Shown: piece by piece, positions 39,753 to 53,508 of the stretch
How the letters are laid out: the number at the start of each line of letters is the position of its first letter
Numbering within the stretch: the stretch's first letter is position 1
Source of the DNA: Cycas panzhihuaensis
Taxonomy: Eukaryota > Plantae > Cycadophyta
Direction: 5' to 3'
Assembly: GCA_023213395.1 (NCBI GenBank)
Contig: CM041465.1
Span: 198,221,741-198,285,740, forward strand
DNA length: 64,000 bases
Position numbers and translations under genes: made by a program
Notes under the pieces: generated by a model
The model's database searches: none
Told to the model about the DNA's origin: nothing
The model's input: the letters and a program-made list of their open reading frames with translations, nothing else

Positions 39753-39950
39753 ATACTAAGCCTAATTAGTAGATAATTAAGCATTAACTAAATCATTTAT
39801 GGAATCTATTTTAGAATCCACACTCTTGGTCACTTATAATTTTGTTTCATGAATTCAATAATATATTAATCAATGTATCCTTCAGATATTTGGGTCTTTT
39901 AACCATATTTGTCTCTTATCTATAAGCATGACTAGCATGGGTCACTCTAT
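39753..39950 (+). repeat. 3' LTR of the older chromovirus
   Basis: Follows the PPT. The distal part matches 110-225. Confidence 0.55.
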
Positions 39951-42900
39951 TAGTCTACTTCCATGTCCTAACCCAGTTAGTCTTACTCTTAACCCTCCTA
40001 CCTATTCTATCACTCCACCTTTTATTCCTTATACTTTTATAGTTCCCTTCCAAGGACCTAATTCCTCTACCATCCCTACATGGGGCTAATCCCTTACCCA
40101 ATCATAAAGGTTGTTTCCCCAGTACTTATCTTCACAAGTACCTACACCCACATTAGTTCATTCCATTTAAGTTGTATTTGTTCATATCCTATTTAGACAT
40201 AGGTGCATATCCCCCTTTTGGTGGTAATGTCCATGTCACTTAGGTTTTGTCACACCTTAGTATGCCCACTTCTTAATCATCTTGGATAGACATGTTATAC
40301 ATACAATTGCCTTCTCATCCATATGGTGGTCCAACTCCTTATGTTAGTGCTTCAAATATTATCCAACCCCTCTTCACACCTAGTTCAACCTACATATATA
40401 GTGGGTCCTTTACCTCAAGTAACTGAATGACCATTCTTCTCTTTTCTCATGGCTAGGAGAACTTATACTAACTATAAGAGGAACCTTATCCTTATCCTAT
40501 CTTATGGATAATAGGTCTTCTCATGTCCACTCCCACCTTTTATACCCAAACCCCCTAAGTTTAGTGGTGAGTTAGGACAAGATTCCACTAGTCACATATA
40601 AGCTTTTATACTTTCATGTGTCATCTACCTCCTCTATGATCATATTATGATGCTGATATTTTCTAATACCTTATTGGGTGATGCCCAATAGTTGTTCTAT
40701 ATGTTGCCCAATACATCCATCCACTCTTTCTAATAGCTTGTTAATTCATTCATCAACTACTTTGATGTCACTCAACCTTTTGATATGGGTGTGAAAGCCT
40801 TGTTCTCAACTAAATAAGGGTAAATGAGTCATCTTATGACTTCATTCATCACATTCAAGACCTTGTATATTCCTATCAACATCTTTTAACAAATGGCTTA
40901 CTTTTTGACTTATTCATTAACACTCTTAAACCTATAATCCACCTTGAGGTACTTAAACATGGACCAACTACATACAGGAGTACCATCGATAGGTGTTTAG
41001 CTCTTAAATGTTTTGATATTTAAATAGGTGTCAAGAAGTTAAATAAATCTTTCTTCACTCATAAGCAAGAGCCCACACATAAATTCAAACATGCCTAAGG
41101 TGAAAAAACCTATGATCAACTATCTTCTTCCCTCTATGACTTGGAATAATCTATTGTGACCAACTTATCAACCTCTATTATTGAGTCCACCAACAACATT
41201 AATACAATTTACCTTGTTGACCAAAAACTTAAATAAATAGCCATGACTCTTCCTACACCTTCTAAGAAAAAGGGACCTTAATATACATATTACTAAATTG
41301 ATGCCCATAATTGATCAAAATGTAATAAGTTTAAGTGGCTTAGGAGACACCATGGCATACCTAATCAACAAATGAAACATTAAGAAAAAGACTTAGTGAT
41401 TCCTCTTAATGCTTTTCCTAACCACCAAGATAAATATAAAAGAAAGGATTCTACTGAAGAAGAAGGTCCCCCTTCTGGTTCTGAATCTAAAATTAAAAAA
41501 GCTTTTATGCTAACTAAACACACTAATGATAATAAGAAGAACTATTACAATCAAAATCCCCCTCCAAAGGATAATTACGACTCTCAAGCTAAGACCATTA
41601 TCATGGGGGAAATAACTAGCCTCCTTCAAGTTAAAACATGAAAGTCTAAAACCTTCAAAGTTGGCACTTTATCTAAGACAACTAAGGAAATTCTGAAGCT
41701 TCCTCTCCACCTTGTCGAAATAGATTTCTATTATGCCTTCCTACATATCACTAAAATAAAGTGTTTATCCATTGTAGAGGAGTTTAAATCCATATATTTA
41801 GGAATATCTACATTTGACTTGCTTAAGAGTTATCCTAAGTAGATGTAACTCCTACTTGACACCATTGGAATTAAACAACCTGATTAAAATACTTAGTACT
41901 TTTGATATGTCTTGACTCAATGAGCATCATGATCACTATAATATCCCCCCCCCCCCCCCCCCTTTCATCATTTGCATCACGAGTAGGGAATGGACTATCA
42001 AAAGGTTTATTATTGATAAAGGTCTTACTACTAATATCTTTCCTCTTTATCTTTTTGATCCCCTTGGTATTTCAACTTTAAAACTTGTAAATTAGGTATG
42101 TAAAGGGTTTGATAAAACCTGAACTATTCCTATGGGTAAGGTGTCATTTTCTCTTACTATATAGGAAAACTATTATTAATAAATTTTCCATTATTGACTT
42201 AGATTTAGAATATAACAAATTATTAGGTCAAACTTGGATCGACTGGATGGTTGTTGTTTCTTCCTCTCTCTTTAACAAACATTAGTTTGTGAATGAAGGA
42301 GAAGTCTAAGAGATCTACTAATGTTATAATCCTTATTAACAATAAATCTTTATGGTTAACAGTCTTCCTAAGGAAGATAAGACTGAACTTCCCTTATTAC
42401 ACTTAGTTTTAGTTGATACTTCAAGATGAACGCCCTAATACGAATAAGGGAATCAAAATTAAGGATGTCCATATGATCAGTTATGTCACCCCTAATCTCA
42501 ACTTCTTAATAATGATGAATCTAGTCATAAAAACCTTATTAGTTCCTCCTTTAATATTTTTCCTAACCATCATAAACTAGGATTTTTCAAGTTCACTTAT
42601 CCTACCTCTCCTTTGGTGTCTAAAGCTTAGGAGGCCTTTAGATCTTCTTCACCTATCAATCTTGCCCCTCCTTATTTCAAGGAAGGTAGTATTCCATTTA
42701 TTGGTGACACCATCAAAATTGGTCTCAATGTTAGTGATGAGTCTTGTATTATCAAACTTAGAGTTAATTACTCCCTTGAAGAGATTAAATAGATTAAGTA
42801 ACCTTGAATCAATTTCTTTCCTATTTTTGTCTTAGACTATTCTGATATAATGAGACCCTAACTTACTATAATTATTTAGTATATTACCTCCCTCTCATAA

Positions 42901-43410
42901 GTTAGGCCTAAGATTCAACATTAGTAGCTCTTCCATCCTATAGCTTAGATTAATTCTCCCTCTCAAAAAATATATGAGGTTGTTTATGATAAGAACCTAC
43001 AACTACATAAGTATAAAGTTAATGATAAGGTGCTAAAGCGTTAATGTCTTCATGAGAAACTACGCAAGTTCATACTTAGTGGTTTGGCCCTTACCTCATG
43101 ATTGAGGATCTTAATAATATAGATTATTATATTTCACTAATGGATTGTAGTGAACTTTAGAGTCTAGTCAACCCATGATTCTTCCATCTATACTACACTT
43201 AGCTCATTCCCTCACTCACTCTATACTGAATTTAAACTATGACTTGCTCTACAATAATTTTAAACTATAACTTGCTCTACAATGAGTCTAAATTATAACT
43301 CATATTATAATGAGCTTAACCCATAAATCACTCTATAGTTAGCCTGACTTATGACGAGATCTAAAATGAGGGTAAACTATACATGCTTTATAATGAGTCT
43401 AAATTATAAC
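39951..43410 (+). mobile_element. Second, older Tat-like Gypsy (Tat2): gag, protease and integrase tail; RT-RH-INT core deleted
   Basis: PPKFSGELGQDSTSHI...IFSNTLLGDAQ*LF (gag), a decayed CCHC at ~41285, IIDKGLTTNIFP (protease) and WFGPY...LYYT* (integrase end). Followed by the same post-pol repeats as Tat1. Confidence 0.78.
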
Positions 43411-43411
43411 C
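43218..43411 (+). repeat. Tandem array of ~27-bp units (ctctacaATGAGyyTAAACTATgacttg)
   Basis: About 7 degenerate copies immediately after the pol stop. Confidence 0.8.
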
Positions 43412-43479
43412 TTTCTCCTAAAAGATGAACACTTTAGGCTATAGGGTTCTCATGTATTTCTATGTATAAGATGTAACTA

Positions 43480-44000
43480 AAGATTTAGAAGGGATTTTAG
43501 AAGTAATCGAAATTTGAGTATAACAAATCTCAAAATAGAAGAAAGTGCATAGAAAGATAGAATCATTGTATAGAACCACCATGAGTCAACCCTCAAATGG
43601 CACATTCTTCTACTTTTTCATGGTAGATTATTAATACTATACACTTCTCCCACCTTCTTCATCTTCATTTTTATCTATAACTGACCTCAATGTAGTTCCT
43701 TTTATTTCAATTTTACTTATTGCCTACTCTATGCAAGGTGGAATCCATTTTATACTTTGCTAGCTATGAGGGTGTAATACTTTATTTTCTTATTTACACT
43801 TATAATCTAGAAGTCTATTTCATACTTTGCCAAATGTTAGAATACATCATTTTGTGATTTTTAGGTACATAGCTTATGCATATAAGTCATGACTATAGGG
43901 TGTTTGTACTTTATGCTAACAGTTCACTTCGATGAAATATATTCATTTTGTTGTGGCTTGCATTAATATAAAAAGAAACTTGATTACTTCTAAAGAACAA
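43480..44000 (+). pseudogene. Highly degraded Copia integrase-like fragment
   Basis: Weak matches to QNGVAERKNRT..FW and HLRIFGCIAYA motifs. Confidence 0.3.
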
Positions 44001-47000
44001 AAGGGAGTAGATGACATGAATAGAGAAAGAATAAAGGGGTTGCACTAGTTGCAAGGGTAATAAATAAGTACTTAGAACTTTAAAACTCCTTGAGATATTA
44101 AATTGATTAATGGGTATAATTTGAAGATAAGGACTCCACCAAGTAAAAGAAGAGGCTTCCAATCATCTAATGGTTGGTGCATTATTAGAATCAAATATTA
44201 GATGGAAAAGATATGGAAATTTAAAGTTGCAGGAATGATTATTAGGTAGTTTACAAGACGAAAAATTGAAACCTAAAGGTTTTGTTCAATAGAAATTATT
44301 TATACCATTCTTTATAATTATATTTAAAATTTTATTACTTGTCAAATATGACATCAAGAGATTTTTGATAAGTGCAAGAAGTCCCAAAATAGATATGATA
44401 TGAGAAAGCTATGTATGTTCAAAGTTATAGGGTTTAAACATTAATAACCATCAAATTAGGAAGAACTCACTAAGTTGGTAAGTTTGAAGGAATAAAACAT
44501 TATTTTAAATTATCTTTTGGACTTAAATGATTATTCCATAATGAATAACATATTTAGAGCTTTCTAACAAGTGGTATAACTCTAAAATTAGATGTTGTAT
44601 GAGAAACCTATAGCCATTTGAAATTAGCTCATCATGTCTAAACTCTCATTTCTAAACCTTTATATTAAATTCTTGTCATATTTATATTAACATCTTTGTG
44701 AGGAGTGAAACTCTCAAGAGAAAATAACATTTTAGCAAAATGGCCATAACTCTCTTAGTACTTAGTCATTTTTTATGCTCCACCTATCAATTTAAATCTA
44801 TTTAAAAGGTATACTTACATATGCAAAATAATTTTATGTACAATAAATAATTAAGTTGATGTTTTAATGATTCCTTATAGAATTTAGTAAGTCAAGAGAA
44901 AAATCCCTTTTAGATAATCATTTTCCATTTTGATGATATCTCACTTATTTAAAGTTGGATTTAGATGGTTTTAGTTATACAAAAATTTCGATTCAAGGAT
45001 AATCATCCCTGTGTGATTAAATTTAGTTTACACACCTATAAAGTATGGCCATTAGCTAAAATTTTTAAAAGAATAATATAAAAATTTTAAGAGAAATTGA
45101 TAAATTTCCATAATTTTCTTCAAAACTTTCTCATTATTGATAAAATTTCATCAAATCAATCTCATTGGAATCATAATAAAATTATATTAATGCTTGGAAA
45201 AGTGGAAGTGATTAAAGGGCTCTCTGTATTCAGTTAGCTTCAAGGTGTGGAGTGGAAGGATTATAAGTACATAGACATCATCTTGAAATGAAAAATAATA
45301 ATCTCTAAATATAGATAGCATTGTTAAAAAGTACCAAGGAGGTATTCCTCACCTATAAATAGATAAATTTGGGGAGGCATTAAGTGCCTCAACCTGACTA
45401 ATATTAAAATTTAAAAAAATATTAAAATATTAAGAAAATAATTAAATATCTTACTTGAGGTGGTTGTGGCGACTCTTTGCCAGCTACAGGTGGCTATTTG
45501 GTGATACTAGGTGGCCTAAGGTGACCTTGGGAGGCTTAAGGTAGAATTAAGGGGCCCAAGATACTCATGTGCATTTGTAAATTGGGTATTATTCTAACAT
45601 TCTCATCCATAATGGCCAATATGTAAAACTCCCAACTTGTCTCTAAATTTTTCAAATTTGATCTTATCCAAAGTTTTCATGAAGATATCTGCTGCTTGAT
45701 TTTTAGTGCTACAATATACTAATTTAATTTCTCTGGATTGTAATATATCTCAAATAAAATGGTGTTATATTTCAATATGTTTTGTTATGGCATTAAATAT
45801 TAGGTTCTTTATCATCTATATTGTACTCTAATTATTACACCAAATTCTTGTAGGCACTTTTTGAAAAGGGTTAATATCACAAGGTCATTACATTAGTTGA
45901 TTGATTCTAAAAAGGGTCTTAAGTGAACTTTAAATTAGATCACTTAATTGAAATACACTTTCATGTGCATTATGTGTAATTTTATTTCACCTAACTCTAA
46001 TGCTCCTTCTCTCAATATAAAAGTAAAATCTCCATGGTGGAGGCTTATTCTTACCTTCCCATTTTATAAGAGCTACTTTCTTTCTCTCAAGTCTCTCTTG
46101 GTACCATGTTTGTCTTTGTGTTTAGTGCATGGAGATGAAGGATAGATCCACTCTTTTCATGTGGTATTAGAGCTTTCTTCCTTCATATTTCTCACTTACA
46201 CTTGCAATGGAGCCATCACTTCCTTCTCCCCCACAATCCATGTGGTGAAGGAGATTGTGAAAGTGGATTTAGAAATATTTTTAAGTTATTGTGATAGCAT
46301 ATTTTATATTGTTTGCTTTCCCTTTTTCTTTTGTAGGTTTGAGATCATAATATAAGGAGTTATAAGGCCCAAGGATTCCAATCCTTTGATGGCCATTCAT
46401 GATATCTTATTCTTCTTTTTCTTTCCCCTCTTTTTATCCATTTAAAAAGGGGAAATGTTGCTAAAATTTTTCTAGCATTTAGAAGAATGATTGTAAGGGG
46501 CAGTTTTACCCAATTTTTTTAAAGAATTTTGATCTATTTAAAATATTCATCATTTTATTCTCTCACCTTGCCCATATTAGGATCCTAGTGATCAAAATAA
46601 TGATGGAAATTTCATATGCTATCATGTGTTAATGAGATATTAGCAAGCTGAAATTTCTGCAAAAATGTAATTTGCTTACTGAACTTCACAAGTCTACAAA
46701 ATCTTCTACAGAGCTCCAATTGATATGATTCTCATTATGAAAGATGAAGATCTGAGTCTACTTTCCATCACAAAAATTAGCACCTAATTTTGATATCGTA
46801 TGAGGAAGTTATTGCTATTTTAGTGAACAGTAGTTATTTTTAGTAAGAATTCTAGAAAAATATAATCTCCTAAGTTTATAGGGTTGCCAAACACTTTTCA
46901 AAACTTATTTAGACTTGATTCCACTTCTAATAATGAAGCTCTAAGTCTAGTTTGTAGCACAAAAACTAGCACTACATTTCAACATCGTAGGAGAAAGTTA

Positions 47001-47916
47001 TTGCTAATTTAGTGAAGACTACTTTCTTTTGTATTAACAAAAAAAAAAAAAACTGAAGAAAATTTCTTTCTTCTTTTTATAAGGCTTAAAAGCCCATTGT
47101 AAAAGTGAGGAAAAAAAACACCTGGATCAAAGAAATATCTAGTGTCTTCACTCATTTATTAGCATTGCATTTCAACACTTTAAAATCACTCAAAGTAAGA
47201 ACACTAAAGACACTTCAAGTGAGCACTCCAAAAGCACTCTAAGCAAGCATTCTATTTTTAGTTAAATGTACGTTTGATGCAATTCGATAATCTTTTCACT
47301 CTTCTTGAAAGGAATGCATCATGTACATTATTTTCTGCTATCTTATACCTGTTCACACACTTTCCAAGGTTGAGATAGCTTGGTTGACAGAATTTCATAC
47401 CATAAAGGAGGTGTGAGTTTCAAGTTGGGACTGGACTAAATCAGAATATTGGTGAGGTTTGATTAGCCATATCATTTTGCCTCAATCAGGGATCATCCTG
47501 ATAACTAATTAAGAAAACTAAAACTTTAATATAAGATTAAAATATACCCAATCTAATATCTATCATAGCCATGGGTATGCATGTACCACTCTTTAGAGGA
47601 GATATATAGCTGCTAATTGGTGAACTGGGTGAGGATTAGGAGTACCTAGGCTCCGTTGTGACTTGGATTTCATCACCAAGCATAATTGTGGGTATCGTGG
47701 GTGAAGGCCAACTTAATTCTATTAGAAGCCTAGGCATCCCTTCAACAATCTCAACCATATGTTAGACACAAGTTAGAGGTTATTGGGTTGATTACGCATC
47801 CTACATTTAAGTTTGAAGTTGTGTAAACCCAATGATATTAGCTTCTATATTGGCCTATAATCTTGTATATTGATCACTTACTTATTTGTAAAAAGTGATC
47901 CATAGTGTAATCACAA

Positions 47917-48046
47917 TCATAGTGCTTCTCATATTCCTACTGTATTAGATTAATACTTACCACAAGTGTTAGTGGCTAATTTTCATCATAGTACTTCTCA
48001 TATTCCTGTTGTTTTAGGTTAATATTTGTCACAAGTGTTGGTGACT
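47917..48046 (+). repeat. Two-copy direct repeat, period 69 bp, in the Copia B leader
   Basis: 'tcatagt.cttctcatattcct..tgt.ttag.ttaata.tt..cacaagtgtt.gtg.ct' at 47917 and 47986. Confidence 0.85.
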
Positions 48047-48229
48047 TTTCTCTAAGTTGTTCCCTTTATCTTCAAGTAGCCATTCTCACTTCTTCTTCCT
48101 TCTACTACACTACTTCATTACATTTCTAATTTGTAAATAGTGATTGGTCATTTATTGCCATCACTTTTATAGTCCCTTATTCATTTCTTCCCTTCTCAAA
48201 AGATACCATATCTTTACAGTTTAAGCAAA

Positions 48230-51200
48230 ATGTGAACTACATTCTAAAAGGGAAAGAAAATTGGGATATGTGGTTCACTGGTGTTAAAAATGCTGCAAAA
48301 TATGAAGGTCTATAGAGAGATCACTTGCTACCTATACCATATGTTGCAGCTATAGCTACCTCAGTTACTTCTAGAGGAGGTGCTCCAACTACTCCCACTA
48401 AAGCTACAACTAAACATCAATGGGAACTTAATGATGATAAAATCCTTGTAGGGATACTACTTGTCATTGATTATTCCCTACACAATATCAGTGATGAAGC
48501 TATACATGATACATCATAGAAAGTTCTTAAAGTTCTTAAGAAGAACTTTGACACTAAATCATACTTAGAATTTGTTCACTTAGTGCTGAAGATGAACAAA
48601 TTGAAAATACAAAAAGGACATGCAAGTGAGATAATCAATCTCTTTCGTCCAATCAAGCAAGCTATTGATAAAAATTTTAAAACTTAATGCATTGCATGGG
48701 CTTTCTCAATTCAGTGATGTCTCCATATCCTAGATTATAAAAATCTATTGGGAAGTCTTCAATCTAGTGACACTTTGAAGACCTTAAACTTTAAGGCTCT
48801 TACTGATAAATTCATTAAATTTAATAAGACCTTTGGTACCAACTTTACCACTATCTCAGATCCAGTTGATGCTACTTTTGAAGTAGAAGAAGATCTTTGT
48901 TATACCAAAAATCAAGGTCAATGCTCTCATAGAGGTGGTAATTCCCATGGAAGATGAAGAGGTAGACAACAAGGACAACATCCTCTTAGTCAACAGCTCC
49001 TCAACTTTAACAAAAATAGTCTCAAGGCCAAGGCCAAAATTATCAACCTAGACCTAGATCCAGTAATCAGAGATAATCCAACCAGCCCAATACTTCTTAG
49101 GGGACTAGAAATCAAACAATTATGTACTAAAGGTGTAATAGAAAATGACATTATGCCAAAAATTATAGCACTGCCACCAAAAAACTACTAAGTTATCAAT
49201 AGCACCATGGTGCACATAATGTTGATAATACTTCTTTTGAAGATGATTTTATTAGAACATAATTTGCTCATTCACACCTTTAAAGAATTGGGACCACTTC
49301 ATCAAATGTTGTTAATAGATCCATTAAGTATATTAAGGCTCATTGTGGCTATGCTTATTCACTTTTGCCTTCACCACTTGGAGTTGCAAATAGTGCCACC
49401 TCAAATACTTCATTATTGATCATGGATACCAGAGCAACATAACACATGACTTGTCATTGCCAGTTGTTTTAGGATTTTGACTCTAAAGTTTATGGTATTA
49501 TACACATGGCTGACAAATCATCTCAACAAGTCGAAGGACTTGGAAATATTTTCTTAAAACTCCTAGGCCTTCCAAATTTTACACTTGTTGATGTTTTATA
49601 TATTCCTGATCTGAAGCAGAATTTGCTCTCCCTATCTACCCTTATCTCTCATGGATTTGATCTGAGTGTAACTATAAACAATCAAACTCTCTGTCTCATT
49701 CACCCTCCTTTAAATGTTGTGGTTATGACTAGAATTCTTGATGGAAAACTTTTTCACCTAACTGGCTTACCATCCTATGAAGCCAACTATGTTGATGATG
49801 AATTTGCTTTTACCACAACCCTAACTCCTTAAAAGTTATCCCAAGTGGCCCTATGGGATGCTCATATAGGCCATATCAAAATTGATCATTTAAGAGAACT
49901 ATAATCTAATCTTCCTAGTTTGCCTAGGCTCTCCTTTAAGCCCTTTAAATGCAAAGCATATATTATTGCTAAATCTCAAAGAGAACCCTTTTCTCATAGT
50001 CAGTGAAAATCTAGCCAACATTTGTAGCTTGTACACTTAGATATATGTGGTCCTATACCCATCCCTTCTCTCAAATAGAGTGGTACTATATTACTTTCAT
50101 TGATGATTTTACCAAGAAAGTATGGGTTACTTTTCTTGCAAAGAAAGATGAAGCTTTTTCTATGTTTCTAGCTTTCAAGGTTCACGTGGAAAATGAATCT
50201 AGATTCATGATCAAAATACTCAAGATTGACAATGGTGGCGAGTATACATCCAATGAGTTTGAATCGTGCCTATGTCAACATGGAATCAAACATCAGACCC
50301 TAGTTGTAGGTACACCCTAGTAAAATAGAGTTACTGAGTGCATGAACAAGACCATCATGAACATGGCTCATGCTATGCTAGTATATAAGAATATCCCTAT
50401 CTATCTTTGGGTTGAGGCTATCTGGACTACTGTGTATTGCATCAACACTATTAGTCCCTCCAAGATCGGCTCCTCTCCACATGAAATGTGGTACGGACAA
50501 ACCCCCTCTATCTCCCACTTTAAAATTTTTGGTTCTATTTGTTATGCTTATATTTTGGAGGAACATAGAAATAAGCTCCAAGATAAAGACATCAAAGGCA
50601 TCTTTATCAGATACCCTATGGAAAAAAATGGATACAAGGTTTTTATACCTTCATAGCACAAAATCATCATTACTAGAGATGTTATCTTTGCGGAGACTAA
50701 AGATCAATTACTTAGACTTGACTCTAAGATGCCTTCATACCAATTTAATGATGCTACTAAATTTGATGTTTAGATTCCAAAATTTAGGGGGGGAAATGCT
50801 CAACAGTTGCTCAAAATCTTAGAATATGACAATAGAGCCTTGAAGGATATAAGTTATGACTCCCAGCCAATGTGTACACATCTAGAACCATCATTTGTGA
50901 ATAGCCAAGTTAACAAAGGTAAAGCCATAGTAGAAGGATCATCTTCTCCAACATTTGTGGTTGGCCCATCTTCTCCAGTATCATTAACTTCCTTCGTACC
51001 AAACATTTTACGTGATCCTTTTTAGGATTAAAATGAAGACTAAGAGGCTGCGGAAATAAAACCCTTATTCCCAACTCGAGGTTTTCGTAAAGCCAACTAG
51101 CTACAGAAGGACATGCAACTAGATGAGGTAGGTAAAACTAGCACTAGAAGTGCCCATAGAGCAAGGATGCATGAATCACTTTCCATTGAGCTTGAACTAA

Positions 51201-52770
51201 CAGAACTACAACTTGCTCCTAATGAAGAGCCCCTAACATACCAAGAAGCTGTAAAGCATGTAGCTTGGAGAAATTCCATAAACGAAGAGTACCAATATCT
51301 TATCAAGAACAATATATGGGAACTTGTTGATCTACCACTTAGAAGAAAGGTAGTTCAAAATAAATGGATATTAAAAAACAAGTATAGATTAGATGAGACC
51401 CTAGAAAAACCTAAGGCAAGGTTGGTAACAAAAGGATTCACGTAAAGGCAAGGCATCGACTACACTGAAATCTTTGCTCCTATAACCAAATGGCCTATAA
51501 TCAGAACTCTTATAACCTTGGCTACTCAACAGGGTTAGAAAATCCACCAACTCGATGTTAAGACTGCATTTCATAATGGGGACCTTAAAGAAGAAATTTA
51601 CATGGCTCAGTTAAAAGGATACGAGATTGTTGGTCAGGAGCATAAGGTTTGCAGGCTCAAAAAGTCCTTGTACGGCCTAAAGTAAGCCCCTCGTGCTTGG
51701 TTTACCAATTTATCTAAAAGAATGAGGCAACTTGGATATAAGGTTTATGACTATCAAGATATTGATGTAACATTAGTCATCAAGACCCAAAATTATAAAG
51801 TCACTTACCTCTTAATCTTTATGGATGACATGCTAATAATAGGGAATAGTGAACATGTAATTAGCCAGTTGAGGAAGGGCCTTACTAAAACTTTTGAATT
51901 ATTTGACCTTGGGTTAATGAAATATTACTTGGGAATTGAAGTAACTTAAAAGAATGGCAAAATCTTTCTCTCCCAAGAAAAATATATCAATAATCCTCTG
52001 ACTAAGTTTCAGTTGGAAGGTGCTCGACTAGTGGATACACCTATGGAGCCTAATATTAAACTCTTAACTGATAATGACATTAGGGAGGTAGAAACAATAT
52101 TCTACATGCAACTTATAGGTAGTCTCATCTATACTACCAACAGAAGGCCAGATATTGCATACTATGTTGGTATTCTTGCAAGATTCATGGCAAATCTTAA
52201 GGAGAATCATTAGCAAGCTACAATATGAGTATTAAGGTACCTAAAGATGACCAACAAATATGGTCTGTTATATGAACCCAATGCAGAATTTAAACTTTAT
52301 GCATACACAAACTCAGACTTTGCTAGAGATAAAGACATAGGAAGATCTACATCTGGGTACATAACATTTCTTAGAATAGCACCAATATCATGGAAATCTA
52401 GATGACAAAATATAGTTGCTGACTCAACTACTAAGGCTGAGTATATTACTGCTTCTGAGACAAGTAAGGAGGTGATATGGCTTAGAAAATTATTGAATAT
52501 ATTAAATGCCACCTAAACAAGTTCTATTAGCTTACATGTAGATAATCAATCTACAATCTATATGGCTAAAAATTCTATATTTTATGATCGTGCCAAACAT
52601 ATAAGTACGAAAGTCCATAGGATTAGAGAACTAGTTCATGATAGTATAATTCAACTAGAGTACTACCCCATAATAGATCAAGTGGTCGATATCTTCACTA
52701 AACCACTGAAAAGGGTGAAGTTTGAATAGTTTTGAAAGCAACTAGGTCTTAGGGTCTCTATCTCTGATTG
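48230..52770 (+). pseudogene. pol: Copia B gag-pol
   Basis: LKGKENWDMWF (gag), *IMDTRAT*HMT (protease), YYITFIDDFT...DNGGEY (ORF 50045), KARLVTKGF, IFMDDML, RAKHI. Confidence 0.92.
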
Positions 52771-53508
52771 ATTGAAGGAGATGACAATAGGACCAGCATA
52801 CTCTATCTCATTCATGAAAATCGCTTGTGGGTACAAAAGGACAAGAGTAAGTCTCTACTCTATCCCATTCGTAAAAACTCCTTATGGGTGTAAAAGGATG
52901 AGGGTTATATTATTTTAGAAAATTAGAACCTATGAAAACCTGAAAAGGCATGGGGGATGACCAAATGGTATCTGGAGACTTAGTATATTTCAACTACAAA
53001 ATTCATTGTACTAATTGGCTATTTGGCTTTATTTAAAGAGCTATATGAGCCAGGTTAGTAGATTAGCAAATTTATGGGTTTTCTTCCCCATGATGGTTTC
53101 CTACAAAAGTGTCATAGTAGTTTGCTTTATAAGAGGTTCAAATGAAGACCTCATAGGATATAATAAAATATGATGAAATGACCTTCTACCATTAAGGGGG
53201 AGATTGAAAAGGGTTAATATCACAAGGTCATTACATTAGTTAATTTTTTTCTAAAAAGGGTCTTAAGTGAACTTTAAATTAGATCACTTAAGTGGAATGC
53301 ACTTTCATGTACATTATGTATAATTTCATTTCACCTAACTCTAATGCTCCCTCTCTCAATATAAAAGTAAAATCTTAATGGAGGAGGCTCATTCTTACCT
53401 TCCCATTTTGTGAGAGCTACTTTCTTTCTCCCAGGTTACTCTTACTCCTATGTTTGCCTTTGTGTTTCGTGCATGGAGATAAAGGATAGATCCACTCTTT
53501 TCACTTTT

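Larger units (their letters stand above)
45862..53503 (+). mobile_element. Full-length decayed Copia element B nested in the A2 RNase H
   Basis: LTRs at 45862-46159 and 53205-53503 (TG...CA), perfect TSD CTTTT, PBS tggtattagagc at 46162, PPT aagggggaga at 53194. Confidence 0.94.

Noticed and set aside
43218-43411. CRISPR-like repeat array
   Set aside because: Head-to-tail degenerate units without unique spacers, in a plant retrotransposon 3' region, with no cas genes.
45948-46355. Short hydrophobic ORFs (possible env-like)
   Set aside because: They lie in the Copia B LTR, PBS and leader; T-rich composition explains the hydrophobicity.
50412-50822. 136-aa ORF, the longest in the track
   Set aside because: Alternative frame overlapping the Copia B integrase region; no independent motif.
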